From NCBI GenBank assembly GCA_951406725.2, contig OX597822.1, positions 10,106,001-10,170,000 of the forward strand: 64,000 bases of DNA. The letters are read 5' to 3'. The notes beneath the pieces are model-generated. The model ran no database searches and was not told the DNA's origin. It saw only the letters and a list, made by a program, of their open reading frames with translations. This DNA is from Octopus vulgaris. Lineage: Eukaryota. This document shows, piece by piece, positions 29,412-42,427 of the stretch (position 1 is the stretch's first letter; each line of letters opens with the position of its first letter). A program made the position numbers and the translations under genes.

Positions 29412-29648
29412 CAAGGTTGGCCAAAATTTACCTGACAGTAAATCAAAACTAATTAATTCCAAGATATATTTATGTTTAAGAACTGAATGAATTTAATAAA
29501 AGCATCTAAATGTGAAACATCGTGATAATTGTTCAAACTGAAGTCCTTCTTGAGTGACACATTTTTCCATTGGAGTCAATACAGAATTACAAATAAATAG
29601 TATTAATGGAATTTTGGTTTACTGTCAAGTGACTTTTGGCCAGAAGTG
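29412..29648. mobile_element. Tc1/mariner-type MITE
   Basis: Imperfect ~37-bp TIRs (TGGCCAAAATTTACCTGACAGTAAATCAAAA / TTTTGGTTTACTGTCAAGTGACTTTTGGCCA) with TA on both flanks. Confidence 0.7.
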
Positions 29649-30274
29649 TATATTTGCAATACATACGACAACCAGAGGACACAACATGCATATAAAGTAT
29701 TTGGCAGTTGCAATGGATTTGCGCTGACTCGGTTAGAAGTTTAGGGTTTATGTATATATGGTGAACTGCTGTAGCGGAGTGCTGTCATTATAAGAAAGGC
29801 CTGGAGATAGCTTGCTTGTGTGCTTGGAGATTCGTAGCAAGGACATTATTTCCGATTAACTGTTGCTGTTGTTGTGGTTGTTAATGTTGATTCATCTTGG
29901 CAATCCCTGACAACAACACTATTTATAGCATTATGATATCTTACATAACGTTCTCTTTGTAGGAAAAATAAATAAATGGAAAAGGAGTCGGTCGCAGCTG
30001 TAAAGGAATTGATCATAAATGTCAGGATATATTGTTTCTCGTATTACCTTTCAAGTGGAATGTTAGATTAAATGGTATCTTAGTGTTTATGGATGTTCTT
30101 GTTGACGTTGTTTAATTCTCGGCCACATCTAATAAAGCAGACTTATGATTAAAAATTAAAGATGCTATAACCCCGTGACCATCCCGTATAATTAGGCATA
30201 ATCCATCTGTAATTATAATATTCCATATGTGATTCCCTTAAAAAAAAAAAATTTGGCAGGGTATAATTTGGTTT

Positions 30275-30482
30275 CAAATTTTGGCACAAGACCAGCATTT
30301 TCGAGGAAGGAGTAAGTGGATTACATCGACACCAGTGTTCAACTGGTACTTATTTTATCGACCCTGAAAGGATGATAGGTAAAATCGACACTGGTGACAA
30401 TTGAACCCCCAACATAAAGATGGACGAAACGTTGCTAAGCATTTTTTTCCGACGGGCTGACGATTTTGCCAGTTTGCAACCT
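30275..30482 (-). mobile_element. SINE-like family B, diverged
   Basis: ACTGGTACTTATTTTATCGACCCTGAAAGGATGA is the reverse complement of the family B body. Confidence 0.65.
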
Positions 30483-30934
30483 TACGACAGGGTATAATTC
30501 GAGAGATTATTTAGTTGATATATATTGCAGGCTGAGCGATTATCTAGAAGCATCCTCATTCTCAGTGATAGTAATATGTTGAGTATGCTGGAGTTTGTTT
30601 ATAATAAGGTAATTCTCGAGTTCTCATGACTGTAGCATTGAGAGAGGTTACAAAAGGAATTTATCGAAGGTTTTGTTACTTTCAAGAATATTTTAGGTAA
30701 GATTATAAATTTTTCATGGTGTAGTAGCCGTTGTAATAGTAGTGATAAGTAGGAGAAGCGGAATTGGCTGTGTCGGTGAAGTACTGTGATAATTTTTTTT
30801 GGAGTCCATGTCAGGCCTAATGGAGTAAACCTATGATCAAAGTTGATCCATCCTGTCTTTAATCCAGCAGCAGACAATATATCCGTCAGATGAAATTTGA
30901 GGGAGATTTGGTTATTATTTCTAGTAAGACAAAG

Positions 30935-31079
30935 GTGGCTAACTGACAGACAAAATGTTTAACGGCATTCCGTCCTTTTTTTATGATCTGAGCACAAATT
31001 CCGACGAGGTCGACATCGACTTTTATCCTTCCGGCGTCGATAAATTAAGTACCAGTCAAGTATTAGGGTCGATGTAATC

Positions 31080-31082
<3 letters not shown>
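30935..31082 (+). mobile_element. SINE-like family B, diverged
   Basis: AAATTCCGACGAGGTCGAC..GTCGATAAATTAAGTACCAG. Confidence 0.65.
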
Positions 31083-31123
<41 letters not shown>

Positions 31124-31142
31124 CGATCGTACGAATTAGAAG

Positions 31143-31212
31143 GATCGTACTGAAGAGAAGAAGGACGATGCTACGTAAGTAAAATCGTTAATGACGAAAC
31201 CGGTCTACGATT
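31143..31212 (+). ncRNA. Type I hammerhead motif, intact core, weak base of stem II
   Basis: GAUCGUA|CUGAAGA G..C GAAA CCGG UC|UACGAUU; palindromic stem III ACCGGU; GUC triplet. Confidence 0.7.
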
Positions 31213-31370
31213 AATTCTTTATTTTTGTATAATTTCATCTGTCTTACCCGCTTATGTTCTGGTCTTTGCTGAATTTCTCTAGAGAACATTCTTTTCTTTG
31301 TGGTTAGATCGTAGGCGACCTTCTCCTAGCATATTTGATATCCACTTAGTGGTCATTCCATAATATACGC

Positions 31371-31420
<50 letters not shown>

Positions 31421-32000
31421 TTCGAAACGTAGAGTAGATGAAACCGTAGCGATTAAAGAAGGGTTTTTTTTTGTGTTAATTGTCCTGTACTCATATATGC
31501 GTGTATATGTACATGTAGAGGTAGGTACGTACATATATGTTTATATATATGCATATGTTTTATTTCATTTATTAATATATATATACATATATGGGGGAGG
31601 GTGAACAGTTATAGTACTGTATTGTCGTTTTGCACGATGCTGAAGGCGATTTATACCCCTTTGTAACTGAAGGTGAACTGCTTATGATCAGTCGTATGGC
31701 ACTGCTAAATACAGTCAACAGATCTAATCCTTCCGTTATACCATATGATCAAACAACTGGGAACAATATCGTCCTACCCTATCTGCGGTGGTTAATTGCA
31801 TGCAGTGCCGTGTGACAGTGTTGAAGTATCTATCCCACTGCTTAGTCTATTTCTCCTTGCTCGTAGATTTAGGTGGTCCCAACAGCGGCGGCTGACAAGG
31901 TGAGCTCGGTCAGTGCGGAGTTGTCACTGTTTTTCTGCACTTACCGTTGATGATGTTCATTCCAACGCCGCGTTTGAGGTTAATGTTTTTGTATGCATGT

Positions 32001-32355
32001 ACTCTTTTAGTCTTTTACTCTTTTACTTGTTTCAGCCATTTGACTGCGGCCATGCTGGGGCACCGCCTTTAGTCGAGCAAATCGACCTCAGGAGTTATTC
32101 TTTGGAATCCTAGTACTTATTCTATCGGTCTCTTTGCCGAACCGCTAAGTTGTCAAGCGATGTTGGGGGGACAAACACAGACACACAAACAGTTACACTC
32201 ACATACATATATATGTATATATACATATATACGGCGGGCTTCTTTCAGTTTCCTTCTACCAAATCCACTCACAAGGCTTTGCTCGGCCCGAGGCTATAGT
32301 AGAAGACACTTGCCCAAGGTGCCACGCAGTAGGACTGAACCCGGAACCATGTGGT
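32001..32355 (-). mobile_element. SINE family A, partial
   Basis: Matches the other copies; head truncated. Confidence 0.85.
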
Positions 32356-32753
32356 TTATTTTCTATCCTGATGGAGATAATAGTTATGAGTTATTGTTGC
32401 AATAATTCTCTAGAACACACTACATGTTTCTGGTTAGATGTTGGTGATTTTCCATATACTTACAGTGTGGGTGCGTGGCGCGCGTCAAAACTCGAAATAG
32501 AAAATAAAATAATCACTTTGTAGGTAACTTTTCCTTGAAAATGTTTAGATGTAAAATCTGAAATTGAAGTAGTGAACAGTCATCATAAACCTTCTAAACA
32601 CTGGATATTTAACCATATATACTGCAAATGTGGCATATCGGCCATCTAAGCGTAAATCCCAAACGCAGATACTTTACAACGTAAGTTGAAATATATATAT
32701 ATGTTGAAATAATACTAACATATATACAAACAGACAAACATACCTACATACTT

Positions 32754-32790
<37 letters not shown>

Positions 32791-33279
32791 GCATATAAAT
32801 CCTCTGCATAAGCAACAATGAATTCGATAGCTTAAAGTAAAAGACAAACAAACTTGTTTCGGTCTTCATTAAAGACTCCTTAGGAATCTCCAAACTCGCA
32901 GTTCAATCCGCCGAAATTACGAGGGATAAAAATATTTCATAGTAAATGTGAATGAAAAGTAATGTCGTTAATGAGAGATAAAACTAATTAGTTTGATCAT
33001 TAATTCAAGCTCCCGAATCCCATTTATGTAACTGATGAGGTTTAATCTCAAATCAGCTGTGCTTAAGACATTCCATCGGTGACAATCCCATTTTAATTGT
33101 GTCATAGTATAACTTCGATTCCTATTTTTCTTGGTGACGAACACAACAGAATAGTTTTGTAGCTATAGTTCTTATTTTGCACTTTTTACTCCCGGCTAGA
33201 TTAGTTACTAGTTTTATCCTGCGCACTAGTGACCCCAGGAGAGCGTCGCGAGCTCAGGACAGGACGGCAAATTCAAGAC

Positions 33280-33500
33280 ATGGTGGTATTGGTAGTAGTT
33301 GTGGTGGTATTCGCGGTGGTAATTTGATTTTTGTTGCTGTTGGCGGTGTTGGTAGTGATGGTGGTGGTGGTGGTGATGACGGCGGTGATGGTGGGTGCGG
33401 TTGGGTGGGGGTAGTAGTTGTAGCAGTAGTAGTGGTTGTGGTGGTGGTGGTGGTGGTGGTGATGATGGCGGTGATGGTTTTGGTAGAAGTGGTTGTTGTG

Positions 33501-33531
<31 letters not shown>

Positions 33532-34115
33532 GGTAGTGAGATTTAATATTCGTTTCTGCCATTTCTTTCTTCTCACTTATACCTAACCGTATGTACACCA
33601 CCTCCCTCACCATATATAACACCCTTTATTCTATTCATCTGCTTCCTGTTCTTGTTGTTGTAGGGGAGACAGGGAGTCTTCTTTTTCATTCTCTTCTCTT
33701 TCTTTTGTTTTTTCTTCTCCTCATGGTACCCCGCTCCTATTCAGCCACAGGCATATTCTTCCTCCTCCTTCTCCTCTTGTTCATCCTTAGAAACTATGGT
33801 AGTAACAGCTACTACTACACACTAGTACCACCACTACTACTACTACCACTACCACCACTACCACCGCCGCCACCACCACTGTCACTAATACCATTAATAC
33901 AACAACAACAACTACTACTACTACACCTTCCACCACCACTGCCATCACCACCACCACTACTGCCACTACTATTAATACAACAGCAACTACTACTACTTCT
34001 ACTAGTACTTCTATGACCACTACAACTACTACCACTTCTATGAGTACTCCTAATACTACATCCACCGCCGCTGCCACCACCACCACTACCAACAAAAACA
34101 CCACCACCTCCACAG
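33280..34115. repeat. Mixed trinucleotide low-complexity region (GGT/GTT, then CTA/CCA)
   Basis: Direct reading. Confidence 0.85.
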
Positions 34116-34349
34116 CCCCTCGTCCTCTTCTGCCTTTGTTTAACCCTACCTCTCTTCCCACTACCCCTTGTGTTTTGTTGTCCCCGAGTACACAGGTACA
34201 CCGACGCATCACACGCAGCCGCCCCTTTGATCTCTGACAATACTTCCCAATTTATTTACCTCTTCTTTTCCCTGTCTACACACACATACGCACACACACA
34301 CATACACTCCCTGCACACACGCAGATTCTCCCTCGATTTGACATGCCTC

Positions 34350-34814
<465 letters not shown>

Positions 34815-34816
34815 GT

Positions 34817-35126
34817 GGAGGCGCAATGGCCTAGTGGTTAGGGCAGCGGACTCGCGGTCATAGGATCGCGGTTTCGATTCCCAGACCGGGCGTTGTGAGT
34901 GTTTATTGAGCGAAAGCACCTAAAGCTCCACGAGGCTCCGGCAGAGGGTGGTGGCGAACCCTGCTGTACACTTTTGCCACAACTTTCTCTCACTCTTTCT
35001 TCTGTTGGCCTGCTCGCTTAGCCAGCGGGGTGGCGTCATTTGATGGCTAAAACAATGCGAAGCGCATTGTGACCAGCGATGTGTAGCAACATCTGATAGC
35101 CTGGTCGGTCACGGTGATCACGGTGA
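34817..35126 (+). mobile_element. tRNA-derived SINE family D, tail type 2
   Basis: First ~175 bp match the 14651 copy. The 3' part (GCGAAGCGCATTGTGACCAGCGATG) differs and recurs near 37180. Confidence 0.85.
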
Positions 35127-35168
35127 TATATATATATATACACACACACACATACATACATGTTTATA

Positions 35169-35394
35169 GGGCGGTGAGCTGGCAGAACCGTTAGCGCACC
35201 GGGCGAAATACGTAGCCGTATTTCGTCTGTTGTTACGTTCTGAGTTCAAATTCCGCCGAGGTCGACTTTGCCCTTTTATCCTTTCGGGGTCGATAAATAA
35301 AGTACCAGTTTCGCACTGGGGTCGATGTAATCGACTTAATCCGTTTATTTGTCCTTGTTTGTCCCCTCTATGTTTAGCCCCTTGTGGGTAGTAA

Positions 35395-35400
<6 letters not shown>
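35169..35400 (+). mobile_element. SINE-like family B, full length
   Basis: Matches the 18708 copy. Confidence 0.85.
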
Positions 35401-35442
<42 letters not shown>

Positions 35443-35870
35443 GGACTATATATATAGATGCAGCACGGACTTTGTCAGTGAACAGGTCGCGGATTTTAGC
35501 GACGGAAATATTTTGACAAATTAAACTTAAATGTTGAAGTGAATCGAACGGCTTTTGTGTGTTTCTTAAATGGCTTATAAACACCTCCCACGCTGCAATT
35601 GTTTTCGTTTCAGCACACGATCTCAGATCAAATTACTTGCTATGCGAGTACATCTCCGTAACATATATATATATATATATATAAATATTATATATATATA
35701 AGTGTGTTTGTGTATTTCCCCGTGCATATGAATATGCGGCCATTTGTGTGCTTTATGTGTGTGGTGCGTGCGTGCGGGCGTGTGTGTGTGTGTAATGTGT
35801 GTGCATGTGTATGTGAGCGCTTGCAAGCAGGAGTATAGGTATTTGAACGTCCTTCATTTTGCATGTGTAA

Positions 35871-36157
35871 GTTTACTCTTTTACTTGTTTCAGGCATTTG
35901 ACTGCGGTCATGCTTCAGGACCACTTGTAGTCAAACAAATCGACCCTAGGACTTATTCGTTGTAAGCCTAGTACTTATTCTATCGATCGCTTTTGCCGAA
36001 CCGCTAAAGTTACCTAAATTACGGGGACGTAAACACACCAGCATCGGTTGTCAAGCGATAATGGTGGGGGCACAAACACAGATACAAAACATACCAAAAG
36101 TGGTGCTCCAGCATGGCCGCAGTCAAATGACCAAAACAAGTAAAAGAGTAAAAGAGT
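35871..36157. mobile_element. SINE A 3' half (-) followed by an inverted copy of the tail (+)
   Basis: 35871-36082 is a minus-strand body; 36100-36157 is a plus-strand tail. Confidence 0.75.
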
Positions 36158-36180
36158 ATATATATATATATATATATATA

Positions 36181-36806
36181 CACGGGTTAGTTATTCACAG
36201 TAGAGTGAAATTAAATATTTTTCTTAAGAAAACAACGCACTTCCCGGTCCAAGAACCGAAAACTCGATCTTGCGATCTTGAATGCAACACTCAAATCACT
36301 AGGCCACGCACATATAGTAAATAGATACTTAAACTATAGGCGCAGGAGTGACTGTGTGGAAGTACCTTGCTTACAAACCACATGGTTTCGGGTTCAGTCC
36401 CACTGCATAGTACATTGGCCAAGTGTCTTTTACTATAGCTTCAGGCCTTGTGAGTAGATTTGGTGGACAGAAACTGAAATATATATGATGGGCTTCTTTC
36501 AGTTTCTGTCCACCAAATCTACTTACAACGCTTTGATCAGCCTGAAGCTATAGTAAAAGACACTTGGCCAATTGTACTTTGCAGTGGGACTGAACCCGGA
36601 ACCATGTGGTTTGTAAGCAAGTTACTTTCACACAGTCACTCCTGCGCCTATAGTTTATGTATCTATCTACTATATGTGCGTGGCCTAGTGATTTGAGTGT
36701 TGCATTCAAAATCGCAAAATCGAGGTTTCGGTTCTCGGACCGGGAAGTGCGTTGTTTTCTTGAGAAAAATATTTAATTTCACTCTACTGTGAATAACTAA
36801 GCCGGT
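36181..36806. repeat. Inverted duplication with ~300-bp arms containing a SINE A head and a decayed SINE D-like head
   Basis: 36181-36479 versus 36498-36806. Both arms share private variants such as GTGACTGTGTG and TTGGCCAAGTGTCTTTTACTATAGCTTCAGG. Confidence 0.92.
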
Positions 36807-36949
36807 GTGTGTGTATGTGTGTGTGAGTGTGTGTGTGTGTGTGTGTGTGTCTGTGTGCATGTGTGTGTGTGTGTATGTGTGTGTAAGTCAATATATTTCA
36901 CTTATTTCCATGAGCTTAGCCATATGCCTGTAAGTATATTCACACATGC

Positions 36950-37245
36950 GAAGGCGCGTGGCCTCGAGGTTAAGGTATTGCACTCAAGGTCGCTAGACTT
37001 ATGGGTTCGAATTCCGGACCGGGTGGCAAGATTTGTTCTTCAGCAAAACACTTCACTTCACGTTACTCCAATCCCATTCAGCTCTAAACGTGTGAACCTG
37101 TGACAGAATAGCCTTCGGATCAAGGGATTGATGGTCTGCTCAACTAGCCAACGGGGTAGCGTCATTCGAAAAGTAAAGCAATGCGAAGCGCATTGTGACC
37201 AGCGATGAATAACAATATCCGATACTCTAGCCAATACCGTGATAC
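36950..37245 (+). mobile_element. Old SINE related to family D, tail type 2
   Basis: GGCGCGTGGCC..GGTTCGAATTCC head; GCGAAGCGCATTGTGACCAGCGATG tail. Confidence 0.65.
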
Positions 37246-37444
37246 ATACATGCAAACATAAGCATGCACACACACACACACACAAATAATGCATACGTGC
37301 ATGCATATATCCTTATACGTACATATATATGGATATGTGTGTGTGTGTACCTTTATGTGTGAATATATATGTATGTATCTATAAACGTTCTTAAGTATAC
37401 ATTTTCGTAAGTAAGAATGGCTATGGATTTCAAAGGTAGACATA

Positions 37445-37488
<44 letters not shown>

Positions 37489-37562
37489 TAAATACTCATA
37501 GAATATGAGCGATCAAACCCCTTGAGATAAAACAACTTGATATGTGTATAAATGGGTGTGCA

Positions 37563-37662
<100 letters not shown>

Positions 37663-37716
37663 TGTATATATATATATATATATGTATATGTGTGTGTGTG
37701 TATGTGTATATGTATG

Positions 37717-37770
<54 letters not shown>

Positions 37771-38589
37771 CATATATATATGTATTCATATTAAGCTCTG
37801 TGTGCTAATTAAGTTTTACATTGTTTTCTTTAACAATTACTGTATATCAGCATGGATCTTAAATGATATTATTAAGTAGTTAAAGGCGTGATCTTAATCT
37901 AATATAAAAATAACTAAGAAAATACAACCATAGAATGACGAAACAAATCATTGGATTAGTGGCCTCATTGAATCGTAATCTAGAGTTTAAGTATGATGTA
38001 ATTTAATTTATAATAACTTTGTCCATAATGCCATCATGTCGTATAAGTTTTGTTTTGTTCAAATATTATATATAATATGTGGAGAGTGTATACGCTTTAA
38101 AAAAACACATAATATTCCCCTGCTGAATCGAAATTGCGATAGAAGCTAATACTAGGGAAATTTTAAGTGTTGAATCGAATGAGGTTGTACGACTCTTAAA
38201 AGAGATCGTAATGCGTTTTTTTCTTTTTATTTGAGGGGGGGGGTCTCTTTTATGACTCGCGGTCATAACCTAGTGATGTCTTAATATATACCAAATATGA
38301 TGACGATATACATGTCGTAATGGATACACACACACCTCACAAAGCACATTTCATTTGCCTAATGGTGGAATTTTTTCATTAACCTCATTCTATAAATAAT
38401 ACGAAATTAGATGGGTCTAAATATAACAACTTCACAGGGCAGTGGTTCCCAGCCTGTGGTCATATACTTACATACATATATACATACATGCATACATGCA
38501 TACATACATACATGCATGCATACATACATGCATGCATACATACATACATATTATATTTACATATAAAAATACATACATACAAACGTTAC

Positions 38590-38880
38590 TATATATATAT
38601 ATGTAAAAAAAATACAAACTGGGACAAGAACGCAAAACATTTAGAAGACGATACAAAAAACATGGACAGGACATTCGATGTCTTCAATCTTCAGTCAAGA
38701 ACCGGAACATCCTCGCAATTTCGGCTGATTAATCTTGTGATTGCTCCGATCTGGCCTGCCCCAAGGAAAATCTAAGCTAAGCGCATTAGATTCCTTGGAA
38801 GAGAGCCTCGAATGTATACAAAACAAAGACGGAAAAACGGAGGATGTTACACGAATATGAATACAAAAATATGTAAAAAC
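38590..38880 (-). repeat. Dispersed repeat family C
   Basis: Inverted homology to 3440-3725. Confidence 0.6.
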
Positions 38881-38904
38881 AACAACAATAATAATAATAA
38901 TAAT

Positions 38905-38954
<50 letters not shown>

Positions 38955-38958
<4 letters not shown>

Positions 38959-39203
38959 ACGCTTATTTGCCAACCTAATGTGGCAGGCGAGTTTGGGACG
39001 ATTGCTACTGTTGTTTAGCCCCAGGAGACATCGTCTCCAGCTGGCTATACGGACACGCGATCTGTGTCCTTATATTTTCGAATATATAAGGACACAGACT
39101 GTGTGTCGTATAGCCAACTGGAGACGATGTCTCCTGGGGCTAAACAACAGTAGTATTCGTCCCAAACTTGACTGCCACATTAGGTTGGCAAATAAGCGTT
39201 ACT
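38955..39203. repeat. Fold-back element with ~125-bp imperfect arms (possible MITE)
   Basis: AGTAACGCTTATTTGCCAACCTAATGTGGCAG ... CTGCCACATTAGGTTGGCAAATAAGCGTTACT; centre TTCGAA near 39080. Confidence 0.9.
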
Positions 39204-39470
39204 TTAAAGTACTGCTACTGAATATCTCTCGTTCAGAGATTTAGGGACAATAATGTTTATATATCCACCCCCCCACATACACACATATAGTTGAAATTTA
39301 TCGAGAAACAAAAGACGAAGACAGGTCTATGTGCAACAAGCAAGTGTATTCGTTTGACGCTCGTACGTTTCGAACATACGCTCTTTAGAAGAAGGGAATA
39401 AGAGAGAATAAACACAGAGAGAATGGACAGAACTTGTAGTTTTTAGCGGTCTAGCATGGTGAGTGGTATA

Positions 39471-39865
39471 TCTGTATATATAAAAATGAAGTTGTGTATC
39501 TGTCTCCTACGATTTAGATTCCTAACTACTCCTACATTTTGCGGTGAAGTTTAACCAAAACCGGGTATCTCATAGTCGTGATTCATATCGAGCCCTTCTG
39601 GGTATTAGCGCGCGTCTACGATGAGTCTACGATTTAAAAAAAATTACCATAATTGTTTTCCATTTTAATGCATTTTTTTCGCTATTATATAAGGGAAGTA
39701 ACTCTCTAAAAATATCTACGATGAGTCAACGATTTAAAAAAAAATTAACCATCATTTTTTTCCATTTTTAATGCCATTGCTTGCTATTTTTGGCTATAAC
39801 TCTCTAAAAATGCTTATATAGTTATTTCCCTTACAAACCCGAGCAACGCCGGGTGATACTGCTAG
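39471..39865 (+). mobile_element. Non-autonomous Helitron
   Basis: A|TC 5' end, 3' hairpin CCCGAGCAACGCCGGG, CTAG|T end, no TSD, internal ~100-bp duplication. Confidence 0.85.
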
Positions 39866-40854
39866 TATATTATATGGTCATAGATATACACTTGACCAAC
39901 TTCGTGCAAGCATGAACGCACGCTGGCAATACGCTGTTCTTCTAAGTAGAAAGCTGACTTGTCATTGTGGTTTTGTGGCACGAACCAAATTATGTCTTGC
40001 CGTCCATTCAAGAAAACTCATAGTGAATGATCCATAAACACGCGAGTTAACTAAGTTCTCAACTTTGTTCCCTTTGCCAGAAGGTTGTCAAGGCACAAGT
40101 AGGCCTCAAGATTTACATACGTGTCCATAGAACACAACTTATAATGAATTAGGTATAGGATGGGGAAATAAGCGACAAACTTCCCGAGATGTTTTCCAAA
40201 ATATTTATTTGATTTGTTTTGTCTTATCTGTTAACCATCAATGAACCAGAACCGCATCATGGTTTTCAAAACAAATTGTTGACCAGTTAGGTTGTAGGAC
40301 TGACCATGACCTCCCGCCCCACTACATAAAAGGATTCAGAGACTAACGAACACTAACACCGCACTTTAGTCACCACCTGGTTCCACACTCTCGTTAGTAC
40401 ACTTATATACCAAATTTTCCCATGATGGGTTCACACTTATGCCATACCATCCGCAACTTTGCACTTACTAGCTGGCATTTTACATATGAACTTTTACCGC
40501 CGTAACACGGACCATATCTTCAAATCCACCACTGTATGTCTATGTAAATATAATGTGAATTTCTGTGTAAAAATAATGCAAACTACTGCCTAAGTTCACC
40601 CTTCCTAAAAACTCCTCCCAAGAACGACTATACTCACCTGTCCACCATTGGACGAAGTAACATGGATCCTAGAATACATCACAGGAGTTTGTAGCTTATT
40701 TCCCCTTCCTATACCTAATTCATTTTAATAAGTTATACTTCTCTCACAACCTCATATTTGCTCCTATTCTTTTTCTGCCCTTTTTAATAATGACAAATAC
40801 ACTGTACCTATTGTTAACTGTTTCTTATATGTATTAGCCCTCCTAACCACTTAG

Positions 40855-40990
40855 ACCCCTGAAGAAGCCTAGAGATACACTCATCATCCAAACTTTATCT
40901 GTCCATCCCTACAGAAAACTTGAAGAAATGTAGAATGGAGTGTTTCACATGGAGTGTTTCGTTGTCTCTTGGTAGAAACGGCCGTAAGGG
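40855..40990 (+). ncRNA. Hammerhead motif with long stem II, probably in a Penelope-like pLTR
   Basis: CCC|CUGAAGA at 40859-40865; GCCUAGAGA/UCUCUUGGU; GAAAC GGCC GUA; AGGG. Stem III ACGGCCGU is palindromic. Confidence 0.6.
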
Positions 40991-41162
40991 ACTGATCTTT
41001 TGCTTTTTTCTGTAATATTAATACATGTGAGTGTAACACATAGTTACTACATGTGTATGTTTTCTTCTAATATTTTCCAATGCTTTGGAATAAATAGACA
41101 CACTGGAATATCTACCGGATGATGTATGTCGATTTGTATCCTCCCCATTTTCTTAATATTTG

Positions 41163-41206
<44 letters not shown>

Positions 41207-41208
<2 letters not shown>

Positions 41209-41429
41209 TTTATCTTTCTTTTCTTTTACTTGTTTCAGTCATTTGACTACGACCATGCTGGAGCACCGCCTTTAGTCGAGCAAATCGACCCCGGGACTTA
41301 TTCTTTGTAAGCCCAGTACTTATTCTATCGGTCTCTTTTGCCGAACCGCTAAGTGACGGGGACGTAAACACACCAGCATCGGTTGTCAAGCAATGCTAGG
41401 GGGACAAACACAGACACACAAACACACAC

Positions 41430-41488
<59 letters not shown>

Positions 41489-41545
41489 CGACAGGCTTCT
41501 TTCAGTTTCCGTCTACCAAATTCACTCACAAGGCATTGGTCGGCA
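41207..41545 (-). mobile_element. SINE family A, headless
   Basis: Matches the other family A copies. Confidence 0.88.
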
Positions 41546-41546
41546 A

Positions 41547-41577
<31 letters not shown>

Positions 41578-42017
41578 TTCATATTCATATGTGTATGTAT
41601 ATATCATTTAGATATAAGCATGCGTGTGTAGATCTTCTTTTCTCTCTCTGTATGTATCCACAACTCAAGTGTTTTCCCTAATGTCTGCCTACCGCTTTTC
41701 AATAATACACATCAATGTTATTATTTCCGTTTCCTTCGTATTTCTTATTGATACTCTTTCATTCAGTTTGTCCTTCTGAAATGCTCACACTTACACATTC
41801 CCTTCTGTTTATTAATTTCCTTTCCCTTTAGCTCCAATACCTGTTTATTTATACACGCACACATTCACACGCCAATATATATGCGTTTTTTTTAAATTCA
41901 TACCGTGTGGATAAATCTTTCGCCTTTTACTAAATATTTCGGTAGAGAGGAACACTTTAATGGTGTATTTGTGTATGTGTGTGAGTTTGTGTGTGTGTGT
42001 ATGTATGCAAGTGTCTG

Positions 42018-42049
<32 letters not shown>

Positions 42050-42055
42050 TATATG

Positions 42056-42092
<37 letters not shown>

Positions 42093-42100
<8 letters not shown>

Positions 42101-42308
42101 AATTAAGGACTGAACACGAAAAGTGGACAGTCAACATGCTAGATATAGACGTCAAATCGTCATTCTCCAGAAAAGATTATGTTCTCAGATTAGAGAACAT
42201 AATCTCTGATCTGAGAACATAATCTTTTGTGGAGAATGACGATTTGACGTCTATATCTAGCATGTTGACTGTCCACTTTTCGTGTTCAGTCCTTAATTGG
42301 TATATATA
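42093..42308. repeat. Near-perfect palindrome with ~98-bp arms and an 18-bp spacer
   Basis: 42093-42190 versus 42209-42306 with one mismatch; spacer TAGAGAACATAATCTCTG. Confidence 0.95.
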
Positions 42309-42390
42309 AATATTTTAATCTTCGGATTCTTTTTTTAATATGCTAGACCACTGGTTCTAATTGATAAATATCAATTTCTACCCTAAATTA

Positions 42391-42427
<37 letters not shown>

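Noticed and set aside
33032-33060. CTGATGAG as a hammerhead core
   Set aside because: No GAAA after the putative stem II and no stem I
33177-34240. Poly-T/P/H/Q ORFs as a host gene
   Set aside because: Open in several frames on both strands because of trinucleotide repeats; no recognisable domain
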